From Myxococcales bacterium (GTDB lineage Bacteria; Myxococcota_A; Polyangia; Palsa-1104; JAEUJZ01), in the NCBI GenBank assembly GCA_016794465.1, contig JAEUKA010000028.1:64001-124050 (forward strand): a stretch of 60,050 nt of DNA. The letters are read 5' to 3'. Below the pieces are notes generated by a model. The model had not been told where the DNA came from. It made no database searches and saw only the letters and a program-made list of their open reading frames with translations. The position numbers and the translations under genes were made by a program. Positions 54,711 through 60,050 of the stretch are shown in pieces (the first letter of the stretch is position 1; every line of letters starts with the position of its first letter).

Positions 54711-57700
54711 ATGGACTCGCGCCAGAGGGAGATCCCCCGGCTGCTCAATCAGACAGCTACTCACGAAAGTCCGACAGCAATGCCGGCTCCGGCGCCCCAG
54801 TCTCCGCCGCTCAACCTCGACGGATTAATTCGTTCGATGGGGGTCAACCGGCCCTGCCGACACATGCTGCTACTTGGTGCCGGCGCCAGTATTACCTCGG
54901 GGATTCCGTCGGGCTGGCAGTGCATTTGGCAGTGGAAGGCCGAAATTTACATCTCGAATCAGCCTCACGTTTCACAGGCACTCCTTGGCGATCCGACTCT
55001 GCCGCATGTTCAAGATCGCATCCAGGCATGGCTTGATGCGACCGGCGGATTTCCCAAGAATGGTGCCCCTGACGAGTACCAGTTTTTTGCTGAACGTTGT
55101 TACCAGGAAGCTCGTGATCGGCAGAGGTTCTTTGAAAAAATCATCACTGACGGCACACCGAGCCTCGGCTACAAGCTGCTGGCCCTCCTCATCGAAGCCA
55201 GTCACTTCCGATGGATCTGGACGACGAACTTCGACAACATGCTAGGGCGAGCCCGCGACAGCGGACACAAGCGGATCATTCGCGAAGTGGGAATGGATAG
55301 CCGTGATCGAGCGCTCGCGGCTGAGCCGGATGACCAGGCGCTCCAACATATTTTTCTGCACGGTGACTTCCGCTACGACCGGCTCCGCAATACCGCGACG
55401 GAGCTGCAAGCAATGCACGAGGAATTCCGCGGCCAGTTGAGCCAGCAGTGTCTGCACTATCCACTCGTCGTGGTTGGGTACAGCGGCAGAGACGACAGCG
55501 TGATGACAGCGCTCGAGGCCGCCTATGCCCAGCGGGGAGAAGGAGGACTCTACTGGCTCGGCATGCGGGGAAGTAGCCCGCATCCTCGGGTCCAGGCACT
55601 GATCGAGAAAGCGACTGCTCAGGGCCGTCGGGCAGAGTATATCGAATGCGATGGCTTCGATGCTCTCATGCACCAACTGGCCAGGTATCTACTTCGGGAC
55701 GAGCCATGGGCCGGGCGAGCGCACGAACTGATCAAGAGCAGCCCATCGCCAAGGAGAGCCTTTTCCTTGGCCGACTATCACCCGACTGGCCGGATTATCA
55801 AGAGTAACTCGTGGCCAGTCGTTGCGCCGACCCACCTCTATCAGCTGCGCTCCCCAGCCGAGATCCAAAGCTGGGAGGATCTCCGCGAACGAACGGCCAA
55901 GGCAGGTGGACGGATCTGTGCCGGCCTCACCAGCGGCAAGATCATCGCCATGGGCCTTCAGGCAGATATCCTGTCCTGCTTCGGCAGGGAGGCGAGTGAG
56001 CCCATCGAGCAAATCCCGGTCTCGCCGAAAGAACTCTTTTTTGAGGATGGAGTTGTGCTGTCCATTCTTCGGGAGGGACTGGTACGAAGTCTCGCAACAG
56101 GAGGACTTCGCGCTGCCACGGAGCATCGCAGATGGTACCTGTACGATCCGTCCCAGCGACGGACATATCGATGGCAGCATGAAACCGCCGTATTCTATCA
56201 AGCGGTGCTGGTGCGCCTCGAGCAGCGTGCCGGGCAACTCTATCTCTCGCTGATTCCTGAACCATACATACCCGCGGACGAACAGCCGGCTGCGTTTGCC
56301 AAAGGCAGCCTGGCGCCGCTCAAAGCTGCTCTCGTTGGGCGGCAATGGAACCGAGCATTTAATGACGAGCTGAACGAGTGGCGATCCCGTCTTAAGCTCA
56401 ACGCCAAGCTCCAGTCGGTTGCGACGATCTTTCCAGCCGGACATGAAACCGGCTTCCGCTACACCATCCAAGCTGGTCCTCTCTTCATAGAGAAGCACGC
56501 TCGAGATCGTCCTAATCGAGCAGCAGCCCGGCCAGGACCCGCGGCACTGTATCGCTTCAAGGGGTTTGAGCTACGTGAGCCGGAACTCCGGTTCGCTTGT
56601 GGCACCGATTTCCATCCGATCCGCGGATTGACGCAGGGCGGACCAATTGAACTGTCGGCCGGAATTACTTCTCCAAGGCGAGAATTGCGCGTCGGTGTCA
56701 TCTGTCCTGACAGTGCGACCCGGCAGCTCGGTCCTTTTCTCAGGGCTCTTCACAATCCCCATCTCACGGTCGAGACAAAGGAAGAGTACCTGCCGACCTA
56801 TCCTGGCTTCGAGTCGGCCTTCCGTCTGCCGTTACATACTCCACTCGTGTCGGAAGATGGCTGGGTAACAATCCCAAGCCAAACCAGTACTGGCGTGCGC
56901 GAGCAAGCGTTTCAAGAGCTGTGTGGACGTGTGACCTCATCCATCGATCGGCTAGCCGCAGGAGCTGGCGTTGATGTAGTACTCATTTTCATCCCTCGCT
57001 CATGGGCACCGTTTGAGTCGGTAGAAACTGAGACGATGGATCTCGATCTTCACGACCAAATCAAGGCGTACTGTGCCGTGCGCGGTATCCGGACGCAGTT
57101 CCTTCGTGAACATACCCTCGAAAAGCCGCAGCGGGCGGAGGTGCTTTGGTGGTTGGCACTGGCGCTCTATGCCAAGTCCATGCGCACCCCCTGGATCTTG
57201 GCTCGGCCGCAAGAGAACGTCGCCTATGTTGGGATTGGCTATGCCGTCGACCGACGAAACCGAGACCGGCCAATCGTCCTCGGATGCAGCCACATCTTCC
57301 AGTCGAACGGGCTGGGGCTTCGCTTTAACTTGAGCAAGGTTCAGGAGCCAATCTGGCGCGGAAAAAATCCTTACCTGGGACGGGATGATGCCCTTCGCGT
57401 CGGGCTCCAAACCCGCCAGCTCTTTCTTGAATCGCTGGTCAGGCTGCCCTCTCGAGTTCTGATCTGCAAGCGCACCCCGTTCATCAAGGAAGAACTTGAT
57501 GGTCTGCGCGCTGGGCTGACGGGAATCTCATCCCTGGACTTCTTGACCATCGAATATGAGCCGGCCTGGAGATGCCTGGCATGTATCACCAAGGACCAGC
57601 AAATTCTGCCGGCACCCTTTCCGGTTCGTCGGGGTACCGGTGTGTTACTCGATGATGAGAGCTTCTATCTCTGGCTGCATGGCAGCGTCGAACGGATCAA

Positions 57701-57953
57701 TAGCGCGGGCAAGACCTATTACCAAGGCAAGACCCGGATTCCGGCACCAGTACGCGTCCGCCGCTATGGCGGCTCCTCGACCATCGAGCAGCTTGCTCAG
57801 GACCTTCTGGGCCTGTCAAAAATGGATTGGAATACCTTCGACCTCTATGAACAGATGCCAGCCCATGTGACCACTCCGGGGCGCATCGCACGTATTGGCC
57901 GGCTCCTGCAACGACTTGCGCCGGAGTGCTTTGACTACCGCTTGTTCATGTGA
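54711..57953 (+). CDS. Single-polypeptide short prokaryotic Argonaute: SIR2 - APAZ - MID - catalytically inactive PIWI (SPARSA-like fused clade)
   Basis: Sirtuin motifs are GAGASITSGIPSGW (compare GAGISxxxGIPDFR), TTNFDNML and FLHGD. PIWI hallmarks are VLWWLALALYAKSMRTPWIL (compare ALKINAKLGGIPW), VGIGYAVDRR (an inactive counterpart of the GIDVSH strand) and C-terminal RIPAPVRVRRYGG (compare PAPVYYA). ATG 54711 follows aggagtga. Confidence 0.75.
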   Translation: MDSRQREIPRLLNQTATHESPTAMPAPAPQSPPLNLDGLIRSMGVNRPCRHMLLLGAGASITSGIPSGWQCIWQWKAEIYISNQPHVSQALLGDPTLPHVQDRIQAWLDATGGFPKNGAPDEYQFFAERCYQEARDRQRFFEKIITDGTPSLGYKLLALLIEASHFRWIWTTNFDNMLGRARDSGHKRIIREVGMDSRDRALAAEPDDQALQHIFLHGDFRYDRLRNTATELQAMHEEFRGQLSQQCLHYPLVVVGYSGRDDSVMTALEAAYAQRGEGGLYWLGMRGSSPHPRVQALIEKATAQGRRAEYIECDGFDALMHQLARYLLRDEPWAGRAHELIKSSPSPRRAFSLADYHPTGRIIKSNSWPVVAPTHLYQLRSPAEIQSWEDLRERTAKAGGRICAGLTSGKIIAMGLQADILSCFGREASEPIEQIPVSPKELFFEDGVVLSILREGLVRSLATGGLRAATEHRRWYLYDPSQRRTYRWQHETAVFYQAVLVRLEQRAGQLYLSLIPEPYIPADEQPAAFAKGSLAPLKAALVGRQWNRAFNDELNEWRSRLKLNAKLQSVATIFPAGHETGFRYTIQAGPLFIEKHARDRPNRAAARPGPAALYRFKGFELREPELRFACGTDFHPIRGLTQGGPIELSAGITSPRRELRVGVICPDSATRQLGPFLRALHNPHLTVETKEEYLPTYPGFESAFRLPLHTPLVSEDGWVTIPSQTSTGVREQAFQELCGRVTSSIDRLAAGAGVDVVLIFIPRSWAPFESVETETMDLDLHDQIKAYCAVRGIRTQFLREHTLEKPQRAEVLWWLALALYAKSMRTPWILARPQENVAYVGIGYAVDRRNRDRPIVLGCSHIFQSNGLGLRFNLSKVQEPIWRGKNPYLGRDDALRVGLQTRQLFLESLVRLPSRVLICKRTPFIKEELDGLRAGLTGISSLDFLTIEYEPAWRCLACITKDQQILPAPFPVRRGTGVLLDDESFYLWLHGSVERINSAGKTYYQGKTRIPAPVRVRRYGGSSTIEQLAQDLLGLSKMDWNTFDLYEQMPAHVTTPGRIARIGRLLQRLAPECFDYRLFM

Positions 57954-58014
57954 CCCGAGCGACAGAAGCAGTTATTATATCCGGGAAACACTCCAGGAAG
58001 AACGTAGCGGCTAC

Positions 58015-59403
58015 CTAGCGGATCGAACTTGATAGCTCAATACCTTTGAGCCGCCGGAACAGAGCAGAAGCAAAGCTATCTGCCATACCCGCAACATAGT
58101 CAGTTGCCTTCAGTATTTTCTGATAAGCAGTTTCCGAATCTCGAACCACTATTCCTGAAGCCTTCAGTACCATCTTTTGCCTGTGAGTTCTTTCGTTCGA
58201 GTGAGCAATCACCGCAGGAATTAGTTCATCGAGAAGTCCAGCTATAATATTGTAGCCTGCGACTTGCATTTCCACGACGAACTGATGCTGATAGCAATGC
58301 TGCTTGGTGAATTCGATGATCTTCTCGAGTTCTGTGTTAGATTCAATAACTTTGATAATTTCCTTCTTATACGTGCCTTCCATGATTTCGGGAAATGTTT
58401 CTTTGTCGAGAAATACCTCGCAGACTTCAGTTCTTAATCTCTGAATTGCTCGCCCTCGTAAGTGAACGATATCATTTGCTTTTTTCGGATCAAAACCATT
58501 GGCTTTCTTAGCAATTTTCCTGATTAGCTCGAGAGCTTCTTTCTTATTTACATATTTTAATCGGATTCCGTCTTCTAAGTCTAATATTGTGTAGCTGATG
58601 TTGTCTGCCGCTTCCACTAAAAATGAGAGAGGATGTCTAGCATGTACTATATCAGCATCTACCTCTTTAGGCAATTTGATCCTATTTAATCCAACATGTC
58701 TTGCAATCATCGCTAAAGCAGATTTGTCCTCCTGAAAGCAGCCATGCTTCTTGGCAGCAATATTATCATGCTGGCAGATCTTAATGTCGTCTCCAGATTC
58801 ACGGGGGTACTTGCAGAACGCAGCTAGGGTTGCCGCTGTCAATTGGAGACCGCCGGTATCAGCATTTTGTAACCGAGTCAGTAACCGGAAGCCCTGAGCA
58901 TTCCCTTCAAACTTGGTTAGATCGCTCTTCTGCCGACGGGTCAACTCACTAGCCAGCAAGGGATTTCTTTCAAAGAAACTGACAAAATATTTGGCGATTG
59001 CATCTTCCCCGGCATGACCAAAAGGAGGGTTGCCGATATCATGCGCTAGGCAGGCAGCATGGATAACATCCCCGATATCGGCTGCAAAGCGCGGAAATTT
59101 CGAGCGTATGGCATTGTCACGCTCAGCCAGTATTGATCCTACGGTATGACCGAGTGACCTGCCAACCGAGGCTACTTCAATGCTATGGGTTAACCGAGAA
59201 TGCACATGATCATTCTCTGGCATTGGAAAAACTTGAGTTTTGTCGTGCATCCGACGAAATGCAGATGAAAATAGGACTCTATCCGAATCTCGATAATAAT
59301 CTGAACGATGTTCTTCCTTACGCTCGGATAAGAATTTATACTGTTCGCTCATGGCATCAAAGGCCAGGCGTCGATTTGATAGTAGCTTCCTCCATTCGTA
59401 CAT
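58015..59403 (-). CDS. dGTPase-family dNTP triphosphohydrolase (HD domain). Putative anti-phage nucleotide-depletion enzyme.
   Basis: RSDYYRDSDRVLFSSAFRRMHDKTQVF...RLTHSIEVASVGRSLG...AACLAHDIGNPPFGH match Dgt motifs. ATG 59403 is preceded by ggggg. The low-GC extension to 59646 is rejected. Confidence 0.7.
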   Translation of the reverse strand: MYEWRKLLSNRRLAFDAMSEQYKFLSERKEEHRSDYYRDSDRVLFSSAFRRMHDKTQVFPMPENDHVHSRLTHSIEVASVGRSLGHTVGSILAERDNAIRSKFPRFAADIGDVIHAACLAHDIGNPPFGHAGEDAIAKYFVSFFERNPLLASELTRRQKSDLTKFEGNAQGFRLLTRLQNADTGGLQLTAATLAAFCKYPRESGDDIKICQHDNIAAKKHGCFQEDKSALAMIARHVGLNRIKLPKEVDADIVHARHPLSFLVEAADNISYTILDLEDGIRLKYVNKKEALELIRKIAKKANGFDPKKANDIVHLRGRAIQRLRTEVCEVFLDKETFPEIMEGTYKKEIIKVIESNTELEKIIEFTKQHCYQHQFVVEMQVAGYNIIAGLLDELIPAVIAHSNERTHRQKMVLKASGIVVRDSETAYQKILKATDYVAGMADSFASALFRRLKGIELSSSIR

Positions 59404-59670
59404 GACACCCCCAAGTAGTGAAGCTGGATACACTAGAAACTTTGGATTTTCGCCCCCCCTAGGCGCAGCATCGTCCAGCAAGTGAGCGCCTGGTGCCTGT
59501 CTAGACAAGCTACCCCAGGATACTGCCAATTTCGTATCTAGAATTACATTATTTGTCACAATTAGTCGATGAACTGACAGGCTGGCGGGTCGTACATCCA
59601 AACGCGGTTTCGGCTGGATGGTCCCGGAACGGTGCGCCTGGACCATGCCGGGTTAGGCGACGGCACCAGA

Positions 59671-59926
59671 CTGCCTGATACAGATTGCTCGCCTCGTTGC
59701 CGACTGGGAACGCTGACAAACCCGAGTTTGGACCACAAGCGCGGCGCGTGCGAGTGTTGGAGTGGATTTTTCAGGGTCTGGGATTTGTTCGCTTGGCTAC
59801 GCCTCCGCAGCGTAGCGCTTGCGGGGGTTTGGGCGAGTTTCCGACTTCCGTGCTTTTCTGTATCGGAGGCGGGGAAGTTTTGGCGATTTTCTCGACGGGA
59901 GAAACTGTCTGATACAGACAGTCGCC
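59671..59926. repeat. Two related sites about 235 bp apart (ctgcctgatacagattgctcgcc; CTGTCTGatACAGACAGtcgcc, a perfect 7-bp-arm palindrome), plus a hairpin gctacgc-N7-gcgtagc at 59796-59816. These lie at the right edge of the low-GC island.
   Basis: Visible directly in the sequence. Function unknown (operator, att or terminus). Confidence 0.5.
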
Positions 59927-60050
59927 GATGCGTGAACGAAACTGCGCACGGCTTACCCTTCGGCAACAATTGCACTCAAAAAACGCTTGCCTATTTTTGC
60001 TCGGTGTTCCGGGCATCCGCGCTGTGTTGAGGCCAGGCGAAGCAGGGCTC

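Noticed and set aside
59404-59646. N-terminal 81-aa extension of the dGTPase track ORF
   Set aside because: The extension is not protein-like. Conserved Dgt motifs begin about 20-40 aa after the Met at 59403, which has a ggggg Shine-Dalgarno.

Overview
This is a high-GC bacterial chromosome segment. Cys-rich MopE-type repeats, PEGA, OmpA-TSP3 and Hanks-kinase genes make a Myxococcota-like delta-proteobacterium likely, but I cannot assign a taxon from sequence alone. Four blocks are visible.

(1) 1-24.4 kb: a complete type VI secretion (T6SS-i) cluster, entirely on the minus strand. It carries tssJ, tssK, tssL, a TPR gene, a PBP lipoprotein gene, tssM, tssA, tssB, tssC, hcp, tssE, tssF, tssG and vgrG. 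Downstream cargo follows: a MORN-repeat/polyproline protein, a DUF4280 PAAR-like protein, a coiled-coil protein and a giant Cys-rich lipoprotein that runs off the window. No tssH/clpV is present in the window.

(2) 24.4-33.2 kb: a frameshifted, very alpha-helical Ala/Lys-rich protein gene plus two small coupled genes. Then PEGA and OmpA-TSP3 envelope proteins, a Ser/Thr kinase truncated in its catalytic loop, a His-rich hypothetical and a CPBP intramembrane protease.

(3) 33.2-39.7 kb: a tight four-gene minus-strand operon that looks like an uncharacterised small-molecule or lipid modification pathway. It encodes a double HO-like iron redox-domain protein, an AsnB-like amidotransferase, an AurF-like diiron oxygenase and a PLD-family enzyme.

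(4) 40.0-59.7 kb: a lower-GC integrative element with tyrosine integrase, cI-like repressor and palindromic operators, a lysis cassette, helicase and an HTH-methyltransferase fusion. It has no capsid, portal or terminase genes, so it is satellite-like. It carries a defense island: a two-gene operon ending in an FRG-domain protein, a single-polypeptide SIR2-APAZ-MID-PIWI short Argonaute, and a dGTPase.

Many long plus-strand ORFs antisense to real genes are GC artefacts and were rejected. No rRNA, tRNA or CRISPR array was found.
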